Below are positions 22,744-32,639 of a DNA stretch of 45,701 bases, in pieces. Numbering within the stretch: the stretch's first letter is position 1; each line of letters opens with the position of its first letter. Made by a program: the position numbers and the translations under genes. Below the pieces are notes generated by a model. The model searched no databases. It was given only the letters and a program-made list of their open reading frames with translations, and was not told the origin of the DNA. Source of the stretch: Thiotrichales bacterium (GTDB lineage Bacteria; Pseudomonadota; Gammaproteobacteria; UBA5335; SLRW01); assembly GCA_003567955.1 (NCBI GenBank), contig PWYF01000095.1:1-45701 (forward strand). The letters run 5' to 3'.

Positions 22744-23895
22744 TCATGACCTCTTGATAACCTGCATGTACCGACCGCCCGGCAGTGACTCGACCTGCCC
22801 CCGGAGCTCCATGAGCAGCAGCATGGATGAAAGCTGTTCGGCCGTCAATCCGCTGCGCTGCACCAGCATATCCAGGCTGACCGGATCATGCCCCAGGGCC
22901 TCACGCAGCCTGGCGTAATCATCATCCTCACTATCATCATCACCTTCAGGAGTCTGGCCGAGCGTATCCGACACCCCGGCCGGAGCCCTCGTGGACAGGT
23001 GCGCGGCCATCTCCTCGAGGATGTCGTCCGCAGTTTCCACCAGCTTGGCGCCATCACGAATCAGACGATGGCACCCACGGGCCAGCGGATTATGAATGGA
23101 GCCAGGGACAGCAAACACTTCGCGACCCTGTTCCATTGCCAGGCGCGCGGTAATCAGTGATCCACTGCGGGGCGCCGCCTCCACCACCAGCACCCCCAGG
23201 GACAGGCCACTGATAATGCGATTGCGCCGGGGAAAATTGACCGCGCGAGGCGATGTCCCGGGCGGGAATTCGCTTACCAACGCCCCCTCATTAACAAGCT
23301 CACCGGCCAGATCACGATGGGTGGCAGGATAAACCCGATCGGGGCCGGTTCCGGCCACAGCCACGGACAGCCCGCCGGCCGCCAGCGCCCCGCGGTGCGC
23401 GGCAGCGTCAATGCCGGCCGCAAGCCCGCTGGTGATCACCAGCCCGCGCGTTGCCAGGTATTCGGCAAAGGCCCGTGCGTTTTCCAGCCCGCCCCGGGTC
23501 GCATTGCGGCTGCCAACAATAGCCAGTTGCGGCTGTGACAGCACTTCCGGGTCGCCCACCACAAACAGCACCGGCGGCGCATCGTTAATTTCACGCAGCC
23601 GATTGGGGTAGGCAGCATCCTCAGGCAACAACACATGGCGGGCGGGAATAGCCTGCGGCTGATTCAGCCATTGCAGATCTGCCCTGACGGCATCCCAGTC
23701 GGGTCGACGAAACGCCTGGCGCGTCTCAGCGCAGAGCCCGGAGTCATCGCCCGCCGACAGGGCCGCCCTGGCACTACCATGACGCTGCAGCAGGTGGTTG
23801 ATGGCCACACTGCCCAACCCCGGCATCCGGAGCAGAGCCAGCCGGCAGGGCAGATCACCCTCGGCAATATCTTCGGGGATAACAACAGCGGCCAA
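22744..23895 (-). CDS. dprA: DNA-processing protein DprA
   Basis: AIVGSR, SGLAAGIDAAAH, NFPRRNRIISGLS, SGSLITA. Confidence 0.96.
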   Translation of the reverse strand: MAAVVIPEDIAEGDLPCRLALLRMPGLGSVAINHLLQRHGSARAALSAGDDSGLCAETRQAFRRPDWDAVRADLQWLNQPQAIPARHVLLPEDAAYPNRLREINDAPPVLFVVGDPEVLSQPQLAIVGSRNATRGGLENARAFAEYLATRGLVITSGLAAGIDAAAHRGALAAGGLSVAVAGTGPDRVYPATHRDLAGELVNEGALVSEFPPGTSPRAVNFPRRNRIISGLSLGVLVVEAAPRSGSLITARLAMEQGREVFAVPGSIHNPLARGCHRLIRDGAKLVETADDILEEMAAHLSTRAPAGVSDTLGQTPEGDDDSEDDDYARLREALGHDPVSLDMLVQRSGLTAEQLSSMLLLMELRGQVESLPGGRYMQVIKRS

Positions 23896-23972
23896 CAGAC
23901 ACTCCTTGGCTTCCCTGCCAGGAAATCAACCACACCGGCATGCGCCGGCGGGGTCAGCACACCCTGCACAGG

Positions 23973-25226
23973 TCAGGGAGTGACGACCTTGTCCTGCAGA
24001 CGAATGCTGCGAGTAGCGCGCATCACAAGTGCGTAGCTGATCTTGTCATAAACGCGGAACACCATCAGCTCACCGGCACGCTGATCGGGCAGGGCGACGG
24101 GGCCACGGGCGCGTTCATCATGGAAAGTGCCCCCATCCTGCATGATGGTCAACACATGACCCACATCCATGCCATCCCGGCTGCCAAGATTGAGCATCAC
24201 GACCTGGTACTGGCCGATGTGACCGATGCTGTCGAATACAGAAATAATCCGCCCGGAAACATCCTGTTCCGGGGGCTGTGGCATGAAGTTTTCACGCAAC
24301 TCGTCCAGGGGAATCGGCAACAACAGATCGCCGCGACGGACTTCCTGGGCCACACGTTGCAACTGGGCAATCGCCGGATCACCAAACTCCTGCACCCGGA
24401 CCTCGCCAATGAAACGCGCCTCGCGGCCGAGCCGCTCACCCGTTTCGGGATCACGGAATTGTTCGCCCGGGCGCACCACGTGGAAACGCCGCTCGCCATT
24501 GTCGTCAAGGCCCCGCACGTAAATACGCTCCCCCGCAGCGGAGAGCAAACGGGTATCACTCACGCTGCGCAACACATAAGCGGCACCATCCAGGTCTTCC
24601 TGATCCACGACCCGGGTTTCATCCAGGAAACTGCGGATGGCCGACAGCGGGATCGTGGGCACGGCAGCCTCAATAGGCTCGGTGCGGATTCGCGGCTGCA
24701 TGCGAACAACAGGCTGGTCGGGATCATCCACAAACCGGTCATCCTCGCGTACACGCTCTTCCGCACGGCGGATTTCCTCAATCACCTCCGGATCACGAAT
24801 ATCGTCCTCGTCTACACGACGAACCACCGGCCGACCTTCATCGTAGCCCAGTACCAGCACGTCGCCCGGGTAGATCAGGTGCGGGTTTTCCAGCTCGGGA
24901 TTGATATGCCAGACCTCCGGCCACAGCCAGGGATCCCTGAGAAACTGCCCGGAAATATCCCACAGTGTGTCGCCACGCCTGACAACATAAGTACGGGGCG
25001 CGCGCTCGGCGACACGAACCTCGGGGGCTGGCCGGGGCTCGGGCTCCACGCGCGGCTCGGGCCGCGGCGCCGGCTCCGCAGCCTGGGGCGTGGCGGCCGG
25101 CTGCTCGTCGCGTGGCGGCTGTTCCGGGGAGGATGCGCAAGCGGCAAGCAGCGCCAGCACAGCCATATAAACAGGGATTCGACGCAGCGAAACTCGAACA
25201 AACACGTTATAATCAGGAGTCATCAA
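23973..25226 (-). CDS. tsaP: LysM lipoprotein, TsaP-like (type IV pilus secretin-associated)
   Basis: Lipobox LAAC; YVVRRGDTLWDIS...NPHLIYPGD LysM domain; lies between def and dprA like Pseudomonas tsaP; start uncertain. Confidence 0.8.
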   Translation of the reverse strand: MMTPDYNVFVRVSLRRIPVYMAVLALLAACASSPEQPPRDEQPAATPQAAEPAPRPEPRVEPEPRPAPEVRVAERAPRTYVVRRGDTLWDISGQFLRDPWLWPEVWHINPELENPHLIYPGDVLVLGYDEGRPVVRRVDEDDIRDPEVIEEIRRAEERVREDDRFVDDPDQPVVRMQPRIRTEPIEAAVPTIPLSAIRSFLDETRVVDQEDLDGAAYVLRSVSDTRLLSAAGERIYVRGLDDNGERRFHVVRPGEQFRDPETGERLGREARFIGEVRVQEFGDPAIAQLQRVAQEVRRGDLLLPIPLDELRENFMPQPPEQDVSGRIISVFDSIGHIGQYQVVMLNLGSRDGMDVGHVLTIMQDGGTFHDERARGPVALPDQRAGELMVFRVYDKISYALVMRATRSIRLQDKVVTP

Positions 25227-25356
25227 TGGTTTGCCTCGGGCTGATCGGCGACTTCATTATGGCCCGGCGCACAAGACGCGAGCCCGGTTTTTTGACTAAG
25301 GTGAACAAAATCGGCGCAATTTGCAAGATTTTACTGCAAAAAGATTCACTGACCCT

Positions 25357-25866
25357 ATGGCCATACTCGATATTCTGCATTATCCAGACCCACGTTTGCG
25401 CAATCGCGCGAAACCCGTGGAACGGGTTGACGCGCACATACAGCGCACGCTTGATGACATGCTGGAGACCATGTACGACGCCCGTGGCATCGGCTTGTCG
25501 GCCACGCAGGTCGACTACCCCGGCCGGGTGGTGGTCATTGATGTCTCCGAAAACCGCGACGAACCGCGCTATCTGGTCAATCCGGAAATTATCCAGCGCG
25601 ACGGGCTGACCGAGTCGCAGGAAGGCTGCCTGTCCATTCCGGAATACTACGACACCATAGAGCGTGCCGAACATATCCGTTACCGTGCGCTGGACCGCGA
25701 CGGCAAAGCTTTCGAGGATGAAGCCGACGGGCTGCTCGCTATCTGCATCCAGCACGAAATAGACCACCTCGACGGCAAACTTTTTATTGATTATCTCTCG
25801 GCGCTGAAGCGCCAGCGCCTGCACAAGAAATACCTCAAGCTCAGTAAGCAGCGCGTAGCAGGGTAA
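25357..25866 (+). CDS. def: Peptide deformylase
   Basis: [13 protein letters not shown] and QHEIDHLDG motifs. Confidence 0.97.
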   Translation: MAILDILHYPDPRLRNRAKPVERVDAHIQRTLDDMLETMYDARGIGLSATQVDYPGRVVVIDVSENRDEPRYLVNPEIIQRDGLTESQEGCLSIPEYYDTIERAEHIRYRALDRDGKAFEDEADGLLAICIQHEIDHLDGKLFIDYLSALKRQRLHKKYLKLSKQRVAG

Positions 25867-25917
25867 GCGTGCCGGCCAGTATTCATCTGAACCTGCCGCA
25901 CTGAACCGGAAGCCGCC

Positions 25918-26850
25918 ATGAGCCCTGCGCGTATTGTATTTGCCGGAACCCCCGACTTTGCCGTGCCGGCATTACAGCGCCTGATCGATAGCGGTTATGC
26001 GCCGGTGGCGGTATACACCCAGCCCGACCGCCCCGCCGGACGGGGCCGCAAACTGCAGCCCGGACCGGTCAAGCGCACCGCGCTGGCACATGGGTTGCCC
26101 GTGTATCAGCCGGTAACCCTGCGCGACGAAAGCGCGCAGACGGAACTCCAGGCCCTGCAGCCCGACCTGATGGTGGTGGTGGCCTATGGCCTGTTGTTGC
26201 CGCCCCGGGTCCTTGCCCTGCCCACACGAGGCTGCGTCAATCTGCATGCCTCGCTGCTGCCCCGCTGGCGCGGCGCGGCGCCCGTGCAGCACGCCATTCT
26301 TGCCGGCGACAGCGAATCCGGCGTCACCCTGATGCAAATGGAGGCCGGGCTCGATACCGGGCCCATACTGGCCATGACACATTGCGCCATCCAGCCGGAT
26401 GACACCGGTGGTAGCTTGCATGACCGGCTCGCAACACTTGGCGCCGAACTGCTCGGGGAACACATTGCAGCGGTACTGGCCGGCGATCTTGCCCCACGGC
26501 CGCAGCCGGCTGAAGGCATGACCTATGCCGCCAAAATCAACCGCCAGGAGGCCCGGATCGACTGGACACAACCGGCCAGCCGGATCGAGCGCCAGATCCG
26601 CGCCTTTAACCCCTGGCCAGTGGCCTTCAGCCAGCTCGAGGGGGACGCTCTGCGAATCTGGCAGGCCCGGGTCAGCGACGCCCGCCTGTCCGGCCCCCCT
26701 GGCCACCTTCACACGGACCGCGGGACCCTGAGCGTCGCCACCGGCGAGGGCGCACTGGAACTGCAGCAGGTGCAACTGCCGGGGCGCCAGCCGATCAGCG
26801 CCCGCGATCTGCTTAATGCCCGCCAGCTTGCCGGACTGCGCCTGACATGA
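25918..26850 (+). CDS. fmt: Methionyl-tRNA formyltransferase
   Basis: FAGTPDFA, NLHASLLPRWRGAAP. Confidence 0.97.
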   Translation: MSPARIVFAGTPDFAVPALQRLIDSGYAPVAVYTQPDRPAGRGRKLQPGPVKRTALAHGLPVYQPVTLRDESAQTELQALQPDLMVVVAYGLLLPPRVLALPTRGCVNLHASLLPRWRGAAPVQHAILAGDSESGVTLMQMEAGLDTGPILAMTHCAIQPDDTGGSLHDRLATLGAELLGEHIAAVLAGDLAPRPQPAEGMTYAAKINRQEARIDWTQPASRIERQIRAFNPWPVAFSQLEGDALRIWQARVSDARLSGPPGHLHTDRGTLSVATGEGALELQQVQLPGRQPISARDLLNARQLAGLRLT

Positions 26851-28163
26851 CCCCGCCCCGCACCAGTGTCCGCGCGGAGGCCGCCCGCGCCCTGGCCCCG
26901 GTGTTGCAGGGCAAGGCCTCCCTGGATGCCACCCTGCCAACCGCGCTGGCGGCGCTGCCGGCGCGTGACCACAGCCTGCTACAGGCCCTGTGCTACGGCA
27001 CCCTGCGCCAGGGGCCACAACTGGAAACCGTGCTCGGGCAGCTACTCAGGAAACCGCTGCCGGCGCGTGAATCCCGGACCCGGGCCGCGCTGCTGCTGGG
27101 ACTTTACCAACTCAGCGAAATGCGCGTTCCCGACCATGCCGCCGTCACCGAGACGGTGCAAGCTGTCAGACTGCTGGGCCACTCGCGACTGACCGGCATG
27201 GTCAACGGCGTGCTGCGTAATTTCAGCCGTAACAGCCAGGCGCTGCTGGATGCGGCCAACCGTGACCCGGTCGGCCGCTATGCCCACCCCCGCTGGTTGA
27301 TTGATGCGATTCGGCAAGACTGGCCGCAAGCCCACACCGAAATACTGACCGCCAACAACCGGCCCGGCCCCATGACACTGCGTATCAACACGCGGCGCAG
27401 CCAGCGCGAAGCATGGCTAAAGCGAGCCGCTGAGGCGGACATTGAGGCGCTGCCGGCATCTACTCCGGACACGGCAGTCAACCTGACTTCGGCCATGGAT
27501 GTAAACGCCCTGCCAGGTTTTAGCGAGGGCGAGGTGTCGGTACAGGATGCCGCGGCGCAGTGGGCTGCCTGTCTGCTGGAGATTGAACCCGGCATGCGCG
27601 TACTGGATGCCTGCGCCGCCCCCGGCGGCAAAACCGGACATCTGCTGGAGCGCGCCCCCGATAACACGGAAGTGATCGCACTGGATGTCAACCAGGAACG
27701 CCTGGCCCGCGTGGACCAGAATCTGCGGCGACTGGGGCTCACGGCGCAACTCGTCTGCGGCGATATGAGCCGGCCCAGAGACTGGTGGGACGGCCGCCTC
27801 TTTGATCGCATTCTGCTCGATGCCCCCTGCTCCGGCAGCGGCGTGATCCGACGCCATCCGGATATCAAGTATCTGCGCCGCGCCAGTGACCTCCCGGCGC
27901 TGGCCACCCGTCAGGCCGAGCTGCTGGCCACTGCCTGGTCATTGCTGGCCCCCGGCGGCCAGTTGCTCTACGCCACCTGTTCCATTTTTCACGCCGAGAA
28001 CCGCGAGATCATCGAGGCCTTCCTTGCCGAGCACAGTGAGGCCAGCAGCCTGAACCTGCCCGAAACCCTCGGCCATCCCTGCGGCCCCGGCCGCCAGATC
28101 CTCCCCGGTGAACAGGATATGGATGGCTTCTTTTACACGCTGCTGCGGCGCAGCAGCGCGTAA
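26847..28163 (+). CDS. rsmB: 16S rRNA m5C967 methyltransferase RsmB
   Basis: NusB-like N-terminus; DACAAPGGKT, DAPCSGSG and YATCS motifs. Confidence 0.96.
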   Translation: MTPPRTSVRAEAARALAPVLQGKASLDATLPTALAALPARDHSLLQALCYGTLRQGPQLETVLGQLLRKPLPARESRTRAALLLGLYQLSEMRVPDHAAVTETVQAVRLLGHSRLTGMVNGVLRNFSRNSQALLDAANRDPVGRYAHPRWLIDAIRQDWPQAHTEILTANNRPGPMTLRINTRRSQREAWLKRAAEADIEALPASTPDTAVNLTSAMDVNALPGFSEGEVSVQDAAAQWAACLLEIEPGMRVLDACAAPGGKTGHLLERAPDNTEVIALDVNQERLARVDQNLRRLGLTAQLVCGDMSRPRDWWDGRLFDRILLDAPCSGSGVIRRHPDIKYLRRASDLPALATRQAELLATAWSLLAPGGQLLYATCSIFHAENREIIEAFLAEHSEASSLNLPETLGHPCGPGRQILPGEQDMDGFFYTLLRRSSA

Positions 28164-28170
28164 AAGAAGC

Positions 28171-28302
28171 CGTGGTTACGTGATTAGGTGATTACGTTGT
28201 TAAGTGAATGAGCGCGGCTGCGCCGCGCAGTTCAATCTGATTCGTGCGGCGAAGCCGCACACCACCAACATAATCACTTAATCACCTAATCACGTAACCA
28301 CG
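28171..28302. repeat. 132-bp element with perfect 24-bp inverted arms built from octamer repeats
   Basis: CGTGGTTACGTGATTAGGTGATTA (28171-28194) and its exact reverse complement (28279-28302); two internal 7-bp GC hairpins. Confidence 0.85.
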
Positions 28303-28337
28303 CCGGTCCGGGCGCTTGAATAAGCGCCCGGACCGGC
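28302..28337. repeat. Perfect 16-bp stem hairpin upstream of trkA
   Basis: GCCGGTCCGGGCGCTT-gaat-AAGCGCCCGGACCGGC. Confidence 0.8.
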
Positions 28338-28352
28338 GTAAGTTCGCGCTTC

Positions 28353-29729
28353 ATGAAGATTATTATCCTCGGTGCCGGACGCGTCGGCTCCACGCTGGCC
28401 CAGCAACTGGCCGGCGAGGACAACGACATCACCCTGGTCGACATCCGTAGCGACAAGCTTGAGGAGCTCCAGGCCCGCCTGGACATCCGCACAGTCACCG
28501 GTCATGCCTCCCACCCCGACATTATCAAGCGCGCCGGCGGCGATGACGCCGACATGGTGATTGCTGTCACCGAGAGCGACGAAGTCAACATGGTCGCCTG
28601 CCAGCTCGCCTATACCCTGCATCACACCCCGACCAAGATCGCCCGCGTTCGAGCCTCCGAATACCTGGCGCTGGAGAAAAAAATCTTCAGCCAGGACGCC
28701 ATGCCGGTGGACATGATTATCAGTCCCGAGCAGCTGGTGACCGACTACATCCGGCGCCTGATCGAATACCCGGGCGCCCTGCAGGTGGTGAATTTCGCCG
28801 ACGGCAAGGCCCAGTTGGTGGGCGTTCGCGCCTACTATGGCGGCGCCCTGGTCGGCCAGCAGCTGCGCGCACTGCGCGAGCACATGCCCGGTGTGGAAAC
28901 CCGCGTCGCCGCCATCTATCGCCGTGGCGAACCCATCATCCCCAAGGGCGACACCGTGGTCGAGGTGGACGACGAGGTCTTTTTCATCGCCGCACGCAAG
29001 AATATCCGCTCGGTCATCGCCGAGCTGCGGCGCATGGATCAGCCGGTCAAGCGCGTAATCCTGGCCGGCGGCGGCAACATCGGCCTGCGCCTGGCGCGGG
29101 TGCTGGAGAAACAGTTCAACGTCAAGATTATCGAGCGCAATCCCGAGCGGGCACGGCTGATTTCCGAGCAGCTTGATCGCGCCATCGTGCTGGTCGGCGA
29201 CGTGGCTGACGAGGAATTGCTGATCGAGGAGAACATCGACCAGACCGATGTGTTCTGCGCCATCACCAACGACGACGAGGCCAATATTCTCTCGGCCATG
29301 CTCGCCAAGGGACTGGGGGCCCGCAAGGTGATGTCCCTGATCAACCGCGCGTCCTATGTGGACCTGGTGCAGGGCACGGTAATTGATGTGGCCATCTCGC
29401 CCCAGCAGGCCACCATTGGCGCCCTGCTTGCCCATGTGCGCCGGGGCGATGTGGTGGTGGTGCACTCACTGCGCCGGGGCGCGGCCGAGGCCATCGAGGC
29501 CGTGGCTCATGGTGATCGCAACTCCTCCCGGGTGGTCGGCCGGCGCATCGACGAGATAGACCTGCCCGAAGGCACCACCATTGGCGCCATTGTGCGGGGC
29601 GATGAAATGGTGGTGGCCCACCATGACACCGTGATCGAGGCCGATGACCACGTCATCCTGTTCCTGGTGGACAAGTCCCGCCTGCACGAAGTCGAACGGC
29701 TGTTCCAGGTCGGAGTGACCTTTTTGTGA
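28353..29729 (+). CDS. trkA: Trk potassium transporter NAD-binding subunit
   Basis: [12 protein letters not shown], second [20 protein letters not shown]. Confidence 0.97.
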   Translation: MKIIILGAGRVGSTLAQQLAGEDNDITLVDIRSDKLEELQARLDIRTVTGHASHPDIIKRAGGDDADMVIAVTESDEVNMVACQLAYTLHHTPTKIARVRASEYLALEKKIFSQDAMPVDMIISPEQLVTDYIRRLIEYPGALQVVNFADGKAQLVGVRAYYGGALVGQQLRALREHMPGVETRVAAIYRRGEPIIPKGDTVVEVDDEVFFIAARKNIRSVIAELRRMDQPVKRVILAGGGNIGLRLARVLEKQFNVKIIERNPERARLISEQLDRAIVLVGDVADEELLIEENIDQTDVFCAITNDDEANILSAMLAKGLGARKVMSLINRASYVDLVQGTVIDVAISPQQATIGALLAHVRRGDVVVVHSLRRGAAEAIEAVAHGDRNSSRVVGRRIDEIDLPEGTTIGAIVRGDEMVVAHHDTVIEADDHVILFLVDKSRLHEVERLFQVGVTFL

Positions 29730-29745
29730 GGGAGCTTGCGCGGTC

Positions 29746-31203
29746 ATGCATCTGACGGTGGCACAGCGTATCGTCGGCCTGCTGGCGATGGTTTTCAGTC
29801 TCGCCATGCTGCCGCCGCTGGCAGTATCTTTGATTTATGCCGACGGCGAGCATTTCACTTTCCTGATCAGTTTTGTTGCCGTCCTCGCCACCGGGCTGCT
29901 GCTGTGGTTGCCGGTGGCCCGCGACCGCAGGGAGATGCGACTGCGCGACGGGTTTGTGGTGGTGGCGTCGTTCTGGACGGTGCTCGGCCTGCTTGGCGCC
30001 CTGCCGCTGTATCTGTCGACCCAGACGCCGGTGGGCTTGACCGATGCGGTATTCGAATCTGTCTCCGGCCTGACCACCACCGGTTCGACCATCCTCACGG
30101 AGCTCGAAACCCTGCCCCACGCCATTCTTTTTTATCGCCAGCAACTGCAATGGATGGGCGGCATGGGGATTATCGTGCTGGCAGTGGCCGTACTGCCCAT
30201 GCTGGGTGTCGGTGGCATGCAGCTTTATCGCGCCGAAATGCCCGGCCCGCTCAAGGACACCAAGCTCACGCCGCGCATCGCCGAGACCGCCAAGGGCCTG
30301 TGGTACATCTACCTCGGCCTGACCATAGCCTGCGGCGTGGCTTACTGGGCCGCCGGCATGGCGGTGTTCGATGCTATCGGGCATGCCTTCAGCACCGTGG
30401 CGATTGGCGGCTTTTCGCATTATGACGCCAGCTTTGCGCATTTCGACAGCGCCGTCATCGAACTCATCGCCGTGGTTTTCATGCTGGTGGCAGGCATTAA
30501 CTTCGCCATTCACTTTGTGGCTTTCAGACCGGGCAACCCGAGCCCTGCAGCGTATTTAAAAGACCCTGAAACCCGCGCCTATATCACCTGGCTGCTGGCC
30601 CTGGCCTTTGTCGTGTGCGCCTGGCTGCTGATCACGGGGGTCTATGCCGCCACCGGCGAAGGCATCGTCAAGGGGCTGTTCCAGACCGTCTCCATTGCCA
30701 CCACCACCGGCTTTGCCAGCGCCGAGTTTTCCGCCTGGCCCGGGTTTCTCCCGGTGCTGCTGATTTTTGCCAGTTTTGTGGGCGCCTGCGGCGGGTCGAC
30801 CGGCGGCGGCATCAAGGTCATGCGCGTGATGCTGCTGATCCGCCAGGGCCAGCGTGAAATCCTGCGGCTGGTTCATCCCCATGCCCAGTTGCCGGTCAAA
30901 CTCGGCCACCGCGTCATCCCGCCGCGGGTGGTGGAAGCCGTGTGGGGGTTTTTCGCCGCCTATATCGCCGTTTTCGGCGTAATCATGCTGTTCCTGATGG
31001 CCACCGGGCTGGACCAGGTGACCGCTTTCTCGGCGGTGGCCGCAACACTCAACAATCTCGGCCCCGGCCTGGGTGAAGTCGCCGAAAACTACGGTAATAT
31101 AAATGATGCCGCCAAGTGGGCGCTGGTGGTGGCCATGATCATGGGCCGACTGGAAATCTTCACCGCCCTGGTGCTGCTCATGCCGGCCTTCTGGCGCCGC
31201 TAG
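29746..31203 (+). CDS. trkH: Trk potassium transporter membrane subunit
   Basis: FESVSGLTTTG, QWMGGMG, GSTGGGIK, NNLGPG, GRLEIF. Confidence 0.96.
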   Translation: MHLTVAQRIVGLLAMVFSLAMLPPLAVSLIYADGEHFTFLISFVAVLATGLLLWLPVARDRREMRLRDGFVVVASFWTVLGLLGALPLYLSTQTPVGLTDAVFESVSGLTTTGSTILTELETLPHAILFYRQQLQWMGGMGIIVLAVAVLPMLGVGGMQLYRAEMPGPLKDTKLTPRIAETAKGLWYIYLGLTIACGVAYWAAGMAVFDAIGHAFSTVAIGGFSHYDASFAHFDSAVIELIAVVFMLVAGINFAIHFVAFRPGNPSPAAYLKDPETRAYITWLLALAFVVCAWLLITGVYAATGEGIVKGLFQTVSIATTTGFASAEFSAWPGFLPVLLIFASFVGACGGSTGGGIKVMRVMLLIRQGQREILRLVHPHAQLPVKLGHRVIPPRVVEAVWGFFAAYIAVFGVIMLFLMATGLDQVTAFSAVAATLNNLGPGLGEVAENYGNINDAAKWALVVAMIMGRLEIFTALVLLMPAFWRR

Positions 31204-31460
31204 GCAGCAACAGCGAATGCTTGCGCCGACGATCGGAATCATCTAGCGTTAGGCTTCATTCCCGAGGGGGAAGCGGGCCGTTTGAGCCCCGAAAGCACAC
31301 TGACATTGCGTCGTGCGCCCTGTAAAACCGACATATTCCGGCCCGTCCGGTCAAACGCGTGCTTTAGCATTACATCGGAAAATGTCACATGAAACTGCGC
31401 ACGATCACCCATATTCTTACCCATCCACGCATGTATTACAGGATTGCCAGGAGAGTCCTC

Positions 31461-32588
31461 ATGAGCAATACATCCGGGGCATCGAAACTCCCTTTCGATC
31501 TCACCCCCAGCGAAGAACAGCAGATGATGCGCGAGAGCATGCAGCGTTTCGCGGCGGCCGAGTTGCTGCCCGCTGCAAGAGACGCTGATGCCGAGTCAAA
31601 AATCCCCGACGGGCTGCTGGATGCCGCGCACGAACTGGGTATTACCCTGCTGGCCGTACCGGAACAGTACGGCGGCGCCGGCACCGAGCGCTCCCCCATC
31701 GCCAACAGCCTGATTGCCGAGGATCTGGGCCAGGGCGACATGGCGCTGGCACTGGCCATTCTCTCCCCGCTGGGGGTGTTGAATACCATTCTCGACCAGG
31801 GCAGCGAGGCCCAGCGCGAGCACTACCTGCCGCGCTTCGCCGACGAAAAATTCCTGCCCGCCGCCACCGCCGTCATGGAATCCACCGCCCTGTTCGACCC
31901 TTCAAACCTGCAAACCACAGCGAAAGCTGACGGTGACGGCTGGGTGCTTAACGGCGAAAAACGCATGGTGCCCCTGAGCAGCCACCGGCCCCTGCTGCTG
32001 GTCCTGGCAAAGGTCGAGGGCGAGGACAGCCCGGCGGCGTTTATCGTCGAGGGCGACAATCCCGGCGTGAACTTCGAGGCTGAACCCCTGATGGGCTTGC
32101 GTGGCATGGAGCCGGGACAGGTCACCCTGAAGGACTGCCGCGTCGAAGGCAGTGCCCGGCTCGGCGGTGACGACGGCTTTGATGCCCGGCGCTTTCTCAA
32201 CCTCAGCAAGCTCGGGCTCGGCGCCACCGCCTGCGGTGTGGCCGCCGGCCTGCTCGAGCATGCGATTGAGTACACCAACGAGCGTGTGGCCTTCGGTGAG
32301 CCCATCAGCCACCGCCAGTCAGTCGCTTTCATGGTGGCCAATATCGGTATCGAGCTCGAGGGCATGCGCCTGATGGTCCAGCGGGCCGCTTCCCGCGCCG
32401 AACAGGGGCTGGACTTCGAGCGTGAGGCCACCCTGGCGGCGCGCTTCTGCGGCGACCACGGCATGGAGATCGGCACCAACGCCGTCCAGCTCCTCGGCGG
32501 CCACGGCTTTACCCAGGAGTACCTGGAAGAAATGTGCTATCGCCACCTGCGCGCCGTGGGCATTCTCGAGGGCTGCTTCAGCATCTGA
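31461..32588 (+). CDS. Acyl-CoA dehydrogenase, FadE24-like subunit
   Basis: ACAD fold (LNGEK, ERVAFGEPISHRQ, VQLLGGHG) with a degenerate TEPxxGSD motif; AGGAG RBS before ATG 31461. Confidence 0.88.
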   Translation: MSNTSGASKLPFDLTPSEEQQMMRESMQRFAAAELLPAARDADAESKIPDGLLDAAHELGITLLAVPEQYGGAGTERSPIANSLIAEDLGQGDMALALAILSPLGVLNTILDQGSEAQREHYLPRFADEKFLPAATAVMESTALFDPSNLQTTAKADGDGWVLNGEKRMVPLSSHRPLLLVLAKVEGEDSPAAFIVEGDNPGVNFEAEPLMGLRGMEPGQVTLKDCRVEGSARLGGDDGFDARRFLNLSKLGLGATACGVAAGLLEHAIEYTNERVAFGEPISHRQSVAFMVANIGIELEGMRLMVQRAASRAEQGLDFEREATLAARFCGDHGMEIGTNAVQLLGGHGFTQEYLEEMCYRHLRAVGILEGCFSI

Positions 32589-32639
32589 AGCCGCTGGCAA
32601 ATCAATCACTGAATTCAAAACGTTCGAGGCAGACACACC

